Of a DNA stretch of 64,000 nt, positions 13,087 through 27,892 are shown piece after piece. Source of the stretch: Octopus vulgaris (taxonomy: Eukaryota). The DNA lies in the NCBI GenBank assembly GCA_951406725.2, contig OX597821.1, positions 21,576,001-21,640,000 of the forward strand, written 5' to 3'. Both the position numbers and the translations under genes were made by a program. The number at the start of each line of letters is the position of its first letter. Position 1 is the stretch's first letter. The notes beneath the pieces are model-generated. The model worked only from the letters and a program-made list of their open reading frames with translations, was not told where the DNA came from and made no database searches.

Positions 13087-13120
<34 letters not shown>

Positions 13121-13247
13121 CATACATACATAAATACATACATACATATCTATCAATCTATCAATCTATCTATCCTTCTGACAGACAGGTTGGCTGATTG
13201 ACCGACAGACAGACATACAGATAGATAGATCGATAGATAGATAGATC

Positions 13248-13348
<101 letters not shown>

Positions 13349-13975
13349 GAAGTATTATTACAGACGGTAACTTGAAGTCGTGTACTGTTAAGTGTGCAAC
13401 GTGGTTGGATTGTCATCTTATAAACCTCACACAATATTCAATATAGCAGGTCTACTGACTGGTAACTATTCGTCTAACTAATAGTGGACCAGTGAGCCGT
13501 CAGTGGTCACGAAATATTAGTTTATCAACACACTCTAACCTACAAATTATATACATCCCATGCCATAGATATCACACAGACTACGTACCGAAACATCATT
13601 GTACACTTTTGTTTTCAGTAGTTCTACTGTAACTTTAATCGATATGGAATAATACTGACGTTCGACACTGCTATTGACGCTCTCAGATCTTTTAACTGTT
13701 CTGGCTATAACTAAGGGAAACTAATCTTAATAAGCAGATCTTTCAAAATGTCGGTGTCGCCTCTCAGATGTGCAGTGTAAATAATGCATGTAAACACCAG
13801 ATATATACAAAACGACCCCTGAGGTCTTGTAGTGAAATTGCCTGGTGGCTAGGGGAACTCGAGTTTCTTCTCGCAATTTCTCCAGACTAAAGAGGTCGCC
13901 GAAGCATCAGCTGTCGGAATATTGGTGGTGCTGAAACAAATTGTAAAACGCTTGCTGTATGAAAACGCCATGTGT

Positions 13976-14790
13976 TGGCGGCGAGTTTCCAGAAACGTTA
14001 ACACGCCGGTCAAAATGCTTGAAGGTATTTTGTCTGCCGCTACGTTCTGAGTTCAAATTCTGTTGAGGTCGACTTTGCCTTTCATCCTTTCGGGATCAAT
14101 TAAATAAGTACCAGTTACGCACTGGGGTCGATATAATCGACTTAATCCCTTTGTCTGTCCTTGTTTGTCCTCTCTGTGTTTAGCCCCTTATAGGTAGTGA
14201 AGAAATAGGTATTTTGTCTATCATTACGTTCTGAGTTCAAATGCTATCGGAGTCGACTTTGTTTTTCATCCTTTCGGGATCGATAAATTAAATACCAGTT
14301 ACGCACTGGAGTTGATGTAATCGACTAGTCCCCTCCCCAAAATTTCAGGCCGTGCATTTTTAGTAGAAAGTATTATTACTTACCAAATTACGGCGGCGAT
14401 CTGACAGAATCGTTTGCACAGCGGGCAAAATGTTTAACGGTATTTTGTCCGAACTTACGTTCTCAGGCCAAATTCCGCCCTTGCGTTTTATCCTTTCGGG
14501 GTCGATAAAATAAGCACCAATTTAGCACTTGGGTCGATGTAACCCCTCCTCAACATTTCAGGACCTTTCCTTATATTAGAAAGGATTATTACTTGCCAAA
14601 TTGACCGATACGGTTGAATCCTTAACCTACTGACCGGCATTTCTTCAAACTTTACCTTCTGATCTCAAGTACTGCGAAAGATGATTTTCCCTTTCATCCT
14701 TTCATGACTGATAAAATAAATACCAGGTGAATGCTAGATTCGATGCAATCGAATTCTTCTCCCCTCAAAACTCCTAACCCTGTACGAAGA
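13976..14790 (+). mobile_element. Cluster of four SINE family B units of decreasing conservation
   Basis: The central ttt(c)atccttt..gataaa..taccag domain recurs at about 14080, 14265, 14485 and 14690. Confidence 0.8.
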
Positions 14791-15090
14791 ATTATTTCCT
14801 GTTTAAATTCACAAGCGTCTCACAAATGACCATGTAAAATACGATAATTTTTTCTTCTGTGGCAACCAGCATTTCAGGTGATGTACCTTCAGTATTTGTC
14901 TCTAGTATAATCTTTGGAAACAATATGGCTGCTGTTATTACCTCATCGCCCTCAAACCATTGTCTATAGCTTTAAATGCAGTGGAAGCCATACTTCAAAA
15001 CCGAGTATTGATTACAATACGCCCTCAAGTCAGACGGGATTTACTTAAAACATTGATTGGAAGACGAAATACCTTTAGATGAAACAAGTA

Positions 15091-15154
<64 letters not shown>

Positions 15155-15168
15155 CTGGTGTTCCCGTT

Positions 15169-15490
15169 GTGAAGGCAAATGGCCAGGTGGTTAGAGTATT
15201 CGGTCAAGATCGTGAGTCCGATTACTGACGTGGGTGTCGTGTCCTTCAGCAAGACACTTTATTTCATGTTGCTCCAGTCAGCTCTGTTGGCAAAATGATT
15301 CAAAGTATCTCACTTTCTGTGTTACATTGTGCGTCACACTCTGCGTAACGCCGAATGTCCCTGAGAACTACGTCAGGGGTACGCATGTCTGAGGAGTGCT
15401 CAGCCACATCTATGTTAATTTCACGGACAGGAAATTCGTGGATTGTATCAACTGGAACGCTCGTCGCCGTAACCGACGGAGAGCCAGTTG
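15169..15490 (+). mobile_element. tRNA-derived SINE with CORE-like domain (family D), diverged
   Basis: tggccaggtggttagag head; gtgtccttcagcaagacactttatttcatgttgctccag is shared with 58276-58604. Confidence 0.65.
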
Positions 15491-15616
15491 TAATTATTAC
15501 TGCTGTTGTTATTCGTGCTGTTGGGTTCTAACTATTATTATTGTTGTTGTTACAATTACTGTTATTGTTACTATTGTTGTACCTATTACAGTTATTCTAG
15601 CTGCTGTTGGCTTCTA

Positions 15617-15737
<121 letters not shown>

Positions 15738-15774
15738 CAATCAGGACTCACGCCATTAGCCACAAAGAATAATC

Positions 15775-16193
15775 TCTAATTCGAGCCTACTCTAAGCTAC
15801 TAAGAATGCGTGAGGCAATAGACTGGCGGTTGCACTGGCGCGAAAGCTACGTTGTTATCCTCTTTCCGTAAACGGTGGCTTTTAACGGGTGTAGAGCTGA
15901 ACCATCCTGGGGTACAGACGATTCGCAATCTAGACTAGGGTCTGAAAGTTTACCACACCTTAGTGGGTTACACCACGGTTCCTCTGCTTTGTAGCAGAAA
16001 TAGGAATAAAGAGTGAGAGAAAGTTTTGGTGAAAGAGTACAGCGGGGTTCACCCACCCACCCTGCCGTCGGAGCCTCGTAGAACATAGGTGTTTTTGCTC
16101 AATAAACATTCACAATGCCCAGTCTGGGAATCGAAACCAAGTTCTTACGACCTCGAGTCCGCTGCCCTAACCACTGGGCCATTGCGCCTCCAC
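15775..16193 (-). mobile_element. tRNA-derived SINE (family C)
   Basis: Minus-strand head gtggaggcgcaatggcccagtggttaggg...ggtttcgattcccag is shared with 31405-31712. The 3' portion differs. Confidence 0.75.
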
Positions 16194-16561
16194 AGCTGCT
16201 GTTGTTGTTTTTGCTGTTGCTGATGTTCTTTTTGATGTTATTATTACTATTGTTCTTACCGGTTTCCTTCTTATTCTTGTTTTCATTGTTGCTGTTCGTC
16301 AGGCAATTATTGTTGTTGTTATTGTTGGTTTGTGCTAGTTATCGTTTCCTTTCACTGTTGTTATTTTTCATACTTGCTAATGTAACGCGTATTGTTTTTG
16401 TTATTGCCGTCGTGATTACCGTTGTTGTTGTTCTTCTTTTTCTTCTTCTTCTTCTTCTTCTTCTTCTTCTTCTTCTTCTTCTTCTTCTTCCTCTTTTTCT
16501 TCTTCTTTTTCTTCTTCTTGTTCTCCTCCTCCCCTTCTTCTTCTCCCCTTCTTCTTATCAT

Positions 16562-16594
<33 letters not shown>

Positions 16595-17864
16595 AAGTTG
16601 TATTTCTTCTTACTGTTGACGTAGCAGTAGACATTACTATTCATACATTTCACTCAATCAAGCAAATACATCATTTCTTAGCATAGTTTATTTGTTTATT
16701 TGTCTGTTGTTCTTTGCTTTGTATTGTATTCCATTGTTTATTTTCGCACATGTCTACCACTAAACCCCCCTCACTCAACCCACTACCACCACACCCACCA
16801 CACCCACCACATCACCCTACATAGTTAGCCATACCCACAGTCCTTTCACCACCCAGCTTCGGCTCACTCCATCATGTTTCATATATTCGCTAGCTTTTGA
16901 TTTCTATGTCTGCTTGGCTAAATACCGATATTTGGCGTATTGTACGTATATATGTATTAGTATTTGTGTAAGTGTGTGCATATATATTTGCATGTATATG
17001 TGTAAATATAAGCGTAAATATGTGTATGGTGTATGTATGGGTACGAAAATTTATGTAAGAATGCGTATATATGCGCGTGTAGAGACAGATAGAGAGAGAG
17101 ACAGACGGACAGACAGAGGGGGAGAGCAGCGAATGAGATATAGCGATAATGGCATACACACATGATGTGTGTGGGTATATATATGTATATGCATTTATAT
17201 ATATGTGTGTGTGTGTATGTATATATATATATATATATATATATACATACAGATACATCGATGGATATACATGTGTGTGTGTATGTGTGTGTGAGTGTCT
17301 GCGTATGTGTGTGTGTCAGTATATGCAAGCAGGTATGTATATGTGTGGGTATATTAGTGTGTATCAGTGCGTTACTGTAAGCATTTCTTATTTGGATATC
17401 CGTCAAAATTAGTTTAATAAAACTATACTATATACATAGTACTTCTTAATCATATATATGTGTATGAGTGTGTGTGCGCGTGTGTGTACCCGTGTGTATA
17501 TATGCATGTATATTATATATATGCGTGCGTCTTTGTACGATTTGTTTATTAAAAGATCCGTGCAAGATGCACGATGTTTCAACTGTGAAAGCATCTTCGG
17601 ACATATATATATATATATGTGTATACGTTTGTGTTTGTGTATATCGATTAATACATATATCCATATGCATAGATTCATATATATGCACACACGTATATAT
17701 ATACTTACGTGCCCATTCATCTATCTACCCATCTGTAAATCTATCACACACACACACTATATATATATAGATACATATATATATATATACATATACATAT
17801 ACATATATATATATGTATATATATATATACATATACATATACATATACATATATATATATATAT

Positions 17865-17906
<42 letters not shown>

Positions 17907-17938
17907 TATACATATATACATATATATACAAAACACAA

Positions 17939-18001
<63 letters not shown>

Positions 18002-18106
18002 AGGTATAGATATACATGTCTGTGTGTATGTGTGATAGAGCGATAGACAGATACATACATGCATACATAAACTCATAGAAAGACAGACAGGCAGACAGAC
18101 ACATAA

Positions 18107-18183
<77 letters not shown>

Positions 18184-18578
18184 GGCGTAGATGGATTTAA
18201 TTATGTGGCTTATAAATTTGCACTCAAATACATCCATACACACAAATATAATTCTCTTGAGCGTTCACGTATTTGCGTGTTTTCATATCCCATGTAATAG
18301 ACGCATATAAAATTATGAACCACAAACACATACACACACGTATGTGCTTATTTACGCACGCTCGTGCGTCTCTGTGTGTGTGCATGTGTGTATAGACACA
18401 TTCAAAGACACATACATTGTCCAGCATTGCTTAAGTTATGCCGTGTCTGGCAGATCCGCGATGCTCTCTTGGCAACAGTCCACACCATTCAAAAATATAT
18501 TTTAGTCATCCGGATTGAAGAACAATGAGAAAAATGTATTAAATTACTGTAAATATATATCAGATATATCCTGTTAGG

Positions 18579-18668
<90 letters not shown>

Positions 18669-18669
<1 letters not shown>

Positions 18670-18981
18670 CTTCCTTTATTGGCCACACAAGGTTGAACAC
18701 AGAGGAGAGGGGACAAATACAAATGTAGAGGTTTTCTTTTCGAAAATGAAAAAGAGAAAGTGAAAAAACAGAAAAAAAATGGAAAATTTTGATCAAAAGG
18801 GTCGGGGGGAAAAAGGCGATCAAAAGGGTCGGGGGGTGTGCCATCAAAAGGGAACGTGTATCAAAGAAGACATTTTTTATCTCTAAGAAATAAAATTAGG
18901 TTTATCTGTGGAAAGAAAAGCCTACGAAAAAGACCATAGTAACCTCAGGCAGGGAGGGAATAAACACATGAGAGCAAAGAG

Positions 18982-19036
<55 letters not shown>

Positions 19037-20910
19037 TCTCTCTGCTTTTCGATTTACAGGATGATGCTCAAATTGGTTTCGACGCTCGCAAGAACCATCT
19101 TTGCTACATTCACCCACGGTTTTTTGAAATTTCACGAGACAAAGCCTGCCTCTCCATTCTCACCTTCCTTTTCAAGTGGTACTTGAAAAAGTTGATGAGG
19201 GACTGGCCAGGAGAGGTAAGTGCTTGTCTCTAATCATTTCGCTCGTGTCCACCACACATATTCTTTCACCATGGCCACCAGTACGATGAAGACTGCCTTG
19301 CCTTCCATGTTGAGAGAAGGTGGCGGAGCAATCTACAAGATAGACTCGACCGAAAGGCGGATTCGTCCCACACGCGACAGCAGCCTTTCGGCATAAGCCC
19401 ACTGGTCCGAAATGGTTGGACACTGCATGAGTGCGTGCAGAACGATTTCGTCGTTCTAACCGCATCTCGGGCAAGTCGGTTCGGTGTGCTTCGAACCGTG
19501 CCTTTAGAGCTTATCCTGAACAGGTAATGCTTCTCGATAGCACTGACAGGGCAGGGATCTTTGGTGATTGTCCAGAAGTTCCGGCCCGAAAGTTGTTCTG
19601 AACAGGCAGGTTAGGTGTTCCTCGTCGACGCCCAGATACTGCCCAAGAACATCATCGCATCTCCCCACCACTAATCCTCTATAGAACGCCTTTGTTCTAA
19701 TGAAGTCGCACAAGTTTGGTCCCGGACGGCAGAGTTGCTTGAGAGCAACGCAACACTCGCGGTAAAATTCGCCTAGCCGCGGTCTCTGTTTGAACCACGA
19801 CTGCAGTTCGGCCAAGGAGACGAGCTTTGGGAAAGCGCGCCGCACAAACGGCAAACACACCTGTTCACCGTCGTCTGTGAAGCGTCGGAGATGTCGCTGT
19901 CTCAGCACATGTCTGTGCATCATCAACCAAGGCATGCCTAGCCCTCCATTTAGCGGATGTTAACAGCATATGGATCGCCTAATCATCGAAACGCTTCCCT
20001 TCCACAAGAAGCGGAAGAATATGCATTCCAGTTTGGTGATGGTAGGGTCGATACAAGGCACGTCCGCCCGACCATTTAGGGACAGCTTCCTCTTGACCCA
20101 TTGCTAGGTGAGAGTGGCCACCGTAGTCGTTATTTCGCCCCACTTCCTCTCCATTTTGGAGGTCCGGACTGAACCAGACACGTAGTAATTTAACCGATCC
20201 GTCGGTCCAGTGTGCCACGATAGAGACGCTGTTGGACGGCATGGGCTTGCTTCTCCAGGTGCCGAGCCACAAGCCCCCTGACTTTTCCCGGTTAATTTTT
20301 GCTCCCTTTACCGTATTCTTTTCGTATTATTTTAGTGTATCGCCAACCAGGTCGATATATTGTGGCTCGACACTATGACGGCCCGCGTATGCAGACGTCG
20401 TTCATGTATGCAGACACGCTCCTTCCGCATCGTAGCCCTCGTGGGATGCTCCTCAGTGTCGCCAGCTTCCGCAGTAGTGGTTCAAAAGCCAATACATATA
20501 GAAGCGACGAGAGGGGGAATCCTTGACGAACCGAGCGCATGATGTTAAATGGTCTGGATAGATGACCATTTACGCGAACGAACGTGCGGATGTCGCTGTA
20601 TATGGCAGCAATTCAACTGCGGAAGATGGGACCGAAACCAGCCGCTTTAAGGACAGCGTCCAAGTAGTGATGGTCTACCCTATCGAAAGCTTTTGATTGA
20701 TCCAAATTGATCAGCACTCCACCCATGCCAGGATGCTTCACTACCCTCTCTATGATGTAGCGGATCAGATGGAGGTTGTCATGGATACTCCTACCCGACA
20801 CGGTGCACGTTCCCTTGACCACTCTCTCGTTGACAAGCGCCAATCTCTCGGCTAACACCTTGGGCAAAATATCAAATCTGCCTTTAGCAGAATGATGGGC
20901 CTGAAGTTTG
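18669..20910 (-). mobile_element. 5'-truncated, frameshifted Tx1/L1-clade LINE (RT + zf-RVT + 3' UTR)
   Basis: NFRPIILLKAD; GRSIHDNLHLIRYII..LINLDQSKAFDRVDH; QGFPLSSLLYVLAFEP; SAYMND (decayed YADD); CYREALPVQDKL. Ends ccaataaaggaag directly into (TATC)n. Confidence 0.9.
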
Positions 20911-20932
20911 ACAGACAAATGGATAGATAGTT

Positions 20933-21131
20933 AGGAATGGCTGGACACTGCGCGAATGCGTGCAAAACGGTTTCGTCGCTCCGACCGCATCGCGGGCAAG
21001 TCGGTCCGCTATGTCTCGAGCCGTGCCTGTAGAGCATATCCCGAACGGGTAATGCTTCTCGATAGCACTGCCAAGCCAAGGACTTTGGTGATTGTCCATG
21101 GGTCCCACCCCGAAAGTTGTCCTGAACAGGC
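20933..21131 (-). mobile_element. Second Tx1-like fragment (zf-RVT region)
   Basis: AWQCYREALPVRDMLYRHG..CPRCGRSDETVLHAFAQC, paralogous to 19410-19610. Bounded by GATA/GACA repeats. Confidence 0.85.
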
Positions 21132-21168
21132 GAGACAAGCAGGCAGACAGTCAGATAGACAGAGAGAC

Positions 21169-21284
<116 letters not shown>

Positions 21285-21571
21285 TATGAGAGAGATGTAT
21301 TTATATATATATATAGGGATGGAGGCGGATTTATAAATATTTAGAATGAGGAAAGAAGTGACGATTAATTAGTATGCTACTTGAATGTATTATGTGTGCG
21401 TGTGCGTATATAGGTAGATAGAGAGATAAACAGTAAGATAGATAGATACATGTAGTAACACATGAAACCATTTGGAATAAAAAAAACATTCAAGTCAGTC
21501 TTACATTTCGCTCTTATTTATAGATTTAAGTGCCTGCTACTAGATATTCCAAAAGAAAATACACACACATA

Positions 21572-21622
<51 letters not shown>

Positions 21623-21840
21623 CATCAAGTAACCATCCGGTGAAGTACTCAAAACAAAGTTAGAGTGCAGAACTTCCTTCGGGCCAGTACAACAGAATAC
21701 AACTTCTCGCTTATTCTCGCAAGTGAGACTAAGTTTATTCGCATATATGTTTGTATGTAATGATGTGCGTGTGCATATATATATATATATGTGTGTATGT
21801 ATGTATGTATGTATGTATGTATGTATGTATGTATATAAAT

Positions 21841-22016
21841 CAAAACAACCGAAGAACAAACACAAATATAAAAACAACGTGAGGACGTGGTGCATGTAAA
21901 GAAAGGTGGTTTTACGCTTTGAGTAAAGCTCTACTTCCGAAACGGAGGAAAGTCCAACAGAACAGGAAGACAGAGGAAAAAATCGCCCATAAATCACGTG
22001 GTTACATTTTGAAATC
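21841..22016 (-). mobile_element. Microsatellite-inserted short element with decayed compact hammerhead-like motif
   Basis: Minus strand reads tttcggaagta-GAGC-ttt-ACTC-aaagcgtaaaa. Flanked by (TATG)n and (TA)n. Confidence 0.35.
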
Positions 22017-22047
<31 letters not shown>

Positions 22048-22305
22048 AATACACACACATGTCATTGTGAATATATGTATGAGTGTGTATGTGTGTGCGT
22101 GTGTATGTTCGCATGTATATACATAAAACCCAATGTTATAAGATCGACAATTCACCACATAGTTCGACAATCGGTTCAATAATATTTCAATGTCGTGGCT
22201 ATTAGAGAGACTAACGGCTTCACCAGCACACGACCGGGGATAGTTTTAAGCCGGATAGAGTAGAACGAGATAGAATGAGGTGCCCAGATCATGGAGCCTA
22301 CTCAC

Positions 22306-22346
22306 CATCTGGTTTCTGACCTTTTAGCAAACGTAACCCAATTAAC
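22306..22346 (-). CDS. Candidate 41-nt internal host exon
   Basis: tactgtttag|GTTAATTGGG...CCAGATG|gtgagt. Open in two frames (VNWVTFAKRSETR or LIGLRLLKGQKPD). Confidence 0.4.
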
Positions 22347-22583
22347 CTAAACAGTACATCACGCAACTTCTTAAATATATGTGATTGTACAATATACAAG
22401 TATATTTTACAAACGTACTCACACGCACGCTTATAATATATAAACATGTGTATACTTACACACACACTTAACACAATACCTGTATGCATATATACAATTG
22501 TAGTTGTCGCCCCAAATGAAACCATTGGTTGCCCTGTTAATGTAGAAGTAAACTGTATGTATATCTATCTATCTACCTATATA

Positions 22584-22625
<42 letters not shown>

Positions 22626-22630
22626 AACAC

Positions 22631-22669
<39 letters not shown>

Positions 22670-23662
22670 CACACACACTCACAGGCACATAAAATCATAG
22701 ATGTCTGTTTGTGATTTTCTATTTATATTCCTATCCAATTTCATGTGTATGTATATACTTGTGGGGGTTTCTGTGTATATAGTGTGTGTGTATATATATA
22801 TATATACAAGATAAGAAAATGGAGAAATACATCTAAATCAAATATCAAGTACCAGATAATACTCAATCACATACTTTATTAAACCACCACATAAGAGACT
22901 GTAGGGTTACACACAAATATATAATATATATATATATATATACCTGTGTATGAAGATAGGTAGGTAGGTAGGTAGGTTGTTAGGTAGGTAGGCAGGTAGG
23001 TAGGTAAACATGTTCATATGCATATGTACATATGTATGCGTATTTATGTGCTTCTATGCATATATAAATATGCATGATTACGTGTGCGTCTCTGTGATTA
23101 CCCGTATTATATTTCCTTCATATGCATTCGCCATTCTTTCAGTACTTTATTATTACTTTTCTTATTTCATATTCCGATTTCAATCTTGTTTATTATTTAC
23201 GTTTTGCTGTTGTTGTTGTTTATTAATGGTGTTTTCGTTGTTGTTGTTCTTGTTGATTTGATTATGATGATTTTTTCCTACTGTTGATGTATTACAATGT
23301 TAATGTTGATTAATGATCTTGTTTGTTGTTTTTGTTGCTGCTTATGGTGGTGGTGGTGGTGGTGAAGGTGGTGGCTTTGGTGATGGTGTTGTAGTGGTGG
23401 CGGTGGTTTTTCTGAGGGTGGGGTGGTAGCCATCATCGTGTTCGTTCACGTGGCGGAGGCGTCGACGGCGTCGACGTTGGCGGCAGCGTCGATATTGTTG
23501 GTGTTTCTTTTTTTCTTTCTTGTAGCTGTGCTGGTGCGGGGATTGTTGTTGTTATGTTCGCAGCGGGTAGAGGAATGGTATTGCTAGTGTGATGCAGAGG
23601 CGGCAGTAGCAGCAGCAGTAGTAGTAGTAATAGTAGTAGTAGTAGCAGCAGCAGCAGCAGCT

Positions 23663-23750
<88 letters not shown>

Positions 23751-24157
23751 AGGTGTTGGTTGAGGTGGTTTTATTCTTTTTGTTCTTGTGTTAACTAATC
23801 CATTTTATTCCCCATGTAAAAGATCAGGAATATTTTTGTAGTTTCGTTGCAACTTTGACTATTGTTGCTACAGTTGTTGTTGGTGATGGTGAAAGGAGTG
23901 GTAGCGCTGGTGGTAGTGTTTGCGTTGGAGATGGTGATGGTGATGGTGTTACGGGCGGAGCTTGTGATGATGTTCGGTCTTTTCGTGGTGGTAGTGGTGT
24001 GCTTGTGATAGTGGTGTTGGTGGCGGAGGTGCGGGTGCCGGTGTTGGGGATGGCGGTGTTCGAAATGCTGTTACTTTTGATGGTGGCGTCCAAGATGGTG
24101 GTACTTTTGATGGTAACGGAGGGAGGGTTGAGAGCGTTGTTTTTGCTGTTGTTGTTG

Positions 24158-24189
<32 letters not shown>

Positions 24190-24339
24190 GATGGTGGTGC
24201 TTATAATGTTTGATAAAGGTGGTGGTATGTTTGATGGTGGTATTTGTAACGAAAAGGGTGGCGGTGTCGTTGTTTATGTGGTTCATGCTTATGGCGATGG
24301 TGATGGTGGTGGTGGTGATTGTGGTGGTGATAGTGGTAT

Positions 24340-24760
24340 TTCTGAATGGTTGTATTTGTTATCGTGGTGGTAGTAGTGCTGGTGTTTTTAATGGAGATAT
24401 CCGTGATGGTGGTGGTATTGGTGGTGGTGATGTTGGTATTGTTGATGGTTGTGTTAGTGATGGTGGCCGTGCTGGTGTTTTTAATGGACATGTCCTTGAT
24501 GATGGTGGTGGTGGTGGTAGAGGTGGTGGTAATGCTGTTGGTGATGGTGGTGATAGTCGGGCTGGTGTTTTTAATGGTGATGTCGGTGATCGTGGTGGTG
24601 GTGGTGGTGGCGTTAGTGGCGGTGATGGCGGTGGTATTTGTGATGGTTATGTTTGTAATGGCGGTAGTAGCCGTGTTGATGTTTTTAATGGAAATGTCCG
24701 TGATGGTGTCTGTGATGGTGACCGTGCTGGTGGCATTAGTATTAGAGACGTGGTGAGGTT
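24340..24760. repeat. Minisatellite inside degenerate (GGT/GAT)n, anchored by gtgctggtgtttttaatgg
   Basis: Anchor at 24376, 24469, 24559 and 24673 (spacings 93, 90, 114). Confidence 0.75.
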
Positions 24761-25249
24761 TCAAAGTTGTTAGATGGTGGGAAACGAGGAAATATTTCTA
24801 ACGTGGATGTGTTTACTAAGTTCGGCAGTGGAGGTGGTTGGGAAGGTTGATGGATTTTCAGTGGGAGGAGGGAAGGAGGGTTGCTTGTGACGATCATGGG
24901 GATGAAATAGTACTGATGGGTGTGATTGTTCTTTTCTTGTCGGTTGTGGTTGTTTTGAGGTTTGTAATGTTTATTGTTGATGTAAAGTGGTGAAGCGGTG
25001 GTGATGGTGGTATTTGAAAGAGTATTCATGTAGTGGTATTGGTTGTTATGATGTGAAGTTGTTGTGATTGTTCAAGTGTTAGCAGTTGTGGTGGTTATGA
25101 TGGTGGTGGTGATTATGTATACCGTGGTGGTGGTGGTGGTGGTGGTGGTGGTGGTGGTGGTGGTGGTGGTGGTGGTGGTGGTGGTGGTGGTGATGATGGC
25201 GGTGATGATGGTGGTGGTGGTGGTGGTGGTGGTGATGACGGGGATTCTT

Positions 25250-25815
25250 TTATCGCTTATCTTTCACTTGTTTCTGTCATTAGATTGCAGCCATGCTGGG
25301 GAATTGCCTTGCACAATTTTTAGTCGAATGTCTCGACCCCAGTCTTTATTTAAAAAAAAATTTAATCGTCTCTTTTGCCGAACGGCTAAGTTACAGCGAC
25401 CTAAATACACCAACACCGGTTGTCAAACAGTGGTGGTGGGGACAAATACAAACACAAACACACACACATACACACATAGAATTTTAACAGCATCTTCGTT
25501 CAACTCCATTTATTTACTTATACCACACAAATTACTGCACATTAACCCGGAGTTTCTACCTTTGAATAGGTCGCTTCATCTGTGTTACAAAGGAGAATTC
25601 ATTCATCCATTTAAATATATATATATATACATATATATATATACCAGACGGGCTTCTTTCAGATTCCGTCTAAAATCCATACAATCCACAAACTTCACCC
25701 ACAAGTCTGTGGTTGGCAAACCACTATAGTAGAATACACTTGCCCAAGGTGCCACGCAGTGAGATTGAACCTACAATCATGTGTTTGGGAGGCACGCTTC
25801 TTACCACACAGCCGT
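25250..25815 (-). mobile_element. SINE family A with a nested PLE-like tail fragment (25478-25615, + strand)
   Basis: SINE halves flank an insert homologous to 47934-48136 (aacccggagtttctacc..aggtcgcttca). Confidence 0.75.
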
Positions 25816-26122
25816 GCTTGAGCCGTCGTCGATGTGATGTTTCTTGCAATGACGGTTGGTAGATGTTTGGTAGTTGTAGAGGTGGGTTTGAGATAGCCCT
25901 GATTGTTGCTATCACAGTGGTTGATTTGATGATTTGTATTGGGGTGAGGAGTGAGGGTATTGGGGATTTCACTGCAGTGGCTTTGGTGGTAGTGTTTGCG
26001 GCGGTGTTGCTTGTGGATGCTTCAATAGTGTCTGCTGGTTGCGTGGTGATTTTTGGAGATGGTTTTGAAGGTGGTGTTGCAGATGGTCAGTAATAGCCGT
26101 AGTAATAGTAGTAGCAGTAGTT

Positions 26123-26207
<85 letters not shown>

Positions 26208-26369
26208 CAGTTGTAGTAGTAATGTTTTTGTTGTTTCAAATATTATTTACTAGAAAAAGATTTTTCTCATCTTTCACAGCTTTTATCAATTCTTTTACCA
26301 TATTTATATATATACATTCAAATATATATGCAGATATGGATATATGTATGTAATGTGTGTGTATATATG

Positions 26370-26415
<46 letters not shown>

Positions 26416-26474
26416 AATTGAAGAAATGGAGCTGAACGCAGATTGAACAGAAATCGTTTTATTTCATTCTACAC

Positions 26475-27308
26475 GTGTACTTACTAAGGCTACTTACTAA
26501 GACCCTATCACCTTTTTCCGGAGGCAAAGCCTCTTCCGCTCCCGGTTTAATGCTCAGTAGGAATAATTATAGTAGTAATAATGATATGAGAGCCAGTACA
26601 GTGACACATAATCTCAGCTCCAGCCAGGGAGTACCCACTAGGGGTATAGTTATAAATAGGGGTGTTGTGGTTGACGGTAACAATGGGAGTAGGGTAGAGA
26701 GCCCCAATAGCATCCCCAGCATCATTTCCCGCAATAGCAGCACCACGGGCAGTAGCAATGACAGCACTTTGATAGATAGTGGAGAATCAGGGGTTATTCC
26801 TATAGTTAATAGTGACGTAGTGGAAAATAGAGTAGTAAGCGGCTGCAGGTCTCGGAACGAATATAGTGACAGGAACGCAGTTCTAATTTCAGAAACTAAT
26901 CCTAGCAGAATTAGATTCACGTCGGCGAACTCCAAGATCAAAAACGCCGTCTACCAATGCAAGGTTTACACGGACTCAGATGTCTTCACTTATGTAGGGG
27001 CCTCATCCTCAAGATTGTCTTTGCGTGTCTCCAACCATTACGCAACTTTTCGGGACATGAACAAGCGCCAGACCACGGGACTCAGTAAGCTAATATGGCG
27101 ACTGAAGGATACGAACTTAAGCTACAGGCTGGAATGGTCAATTTTGTCGGTGGCCCTCCCATTTGATAGGGGCAGAAGGCAGTGCAACCTTTGTGTCTCC
27201 GAACTCTTCCATATTTTGTTTGCTAGAGGCCGGATGGTAAACGGGCTTTTACAGTCGGCTTTTCGATGCCCCCATTGGCGGCGTTACACTTATCTGGCTT
27301 TTAAATAG
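26475..27308 (+). CDS. PLE-type GIY-YIG endonuclease preceded by a Ser/Asn-rich segment; no RT
   Basis: NAVYQCKV..TYVG..LRVSNH..F..TGLSKLIWRLKD..WSIL..CNLCVSE..VN..CPH matches the C-terminal GIY-YIG pattern of invertebrate PLEs. The GTG start lies in the inversion junction; the first in-frame ATG is at 26550. Confidence 0.8.
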   Translation: MYLLRLLTKTLSPFSGGKASSAPGLMLSRNNYSSNNDMRASTVTHNLSSSQGVPTRGIVINRGVVVDGNNGSRVESPNSIPSIISRNSSTTGSSNDSTLIDSGESGVIPIVNSDVVENRVVSGCRSRNEYSDRNAVLISETNPSRIRFTSANSKIKNAVYQCKVYTDSDVFTYVGASSSRLSLRVSNHYATFRDMNKRQTTGLSKLIWRLKDTNLSYRLEWSILSVALPFDRGRRQCNLCVSELFHILFARGRMVNGLLQSAFRCPHWRRYTYLAFK

Positions 27309-27892
27309 CGTTTATAAATAATACCGGCACCCATAGCCCTTGGTAACAAATTCTGAAATAGCCTTTAAGATACCTACGATTAACCACTGCAAGGGGAATT
27401 ACTCCTGTAAGACAAACGGGGCTTGGTTTTTTCACAGCGGGGGGTTTCCTTGACAAGGCAGGCTTAAATGAGAACACACACACACATAAAACATGATATA
27501 TATTTTTTTCTGCCACCCAACGGTCATCACGGCAGTAGCCACTGACAGCCGAACGATCAAACGCACACACGTACACAAAAAATGTTTTCTACCCCTACGC
27601 CAACACACACGTATATAGAACAGTATACACACACACACGTCTCTAAGTAGATTTTTTCTCGCCCCTTATAAAACATCCAATATTCCTTAAATAGTTAGAA
27701 CTTTATTCTCGGTCACAAAGAACATCTACGCCCCCTCACCCACATGATTGACCGATGCCTGACCCGTTGAATTCTTCAGCCACCGGTTCTCAACATACAC
27801 TGATAAACAGTTTCGCCATGGGCTCTTAGGAGCATAGTTCGATTTGTTTTTGCTCCGCCTCTGTTCTGTTTTTGTTTTTCCAACGGATTTCC

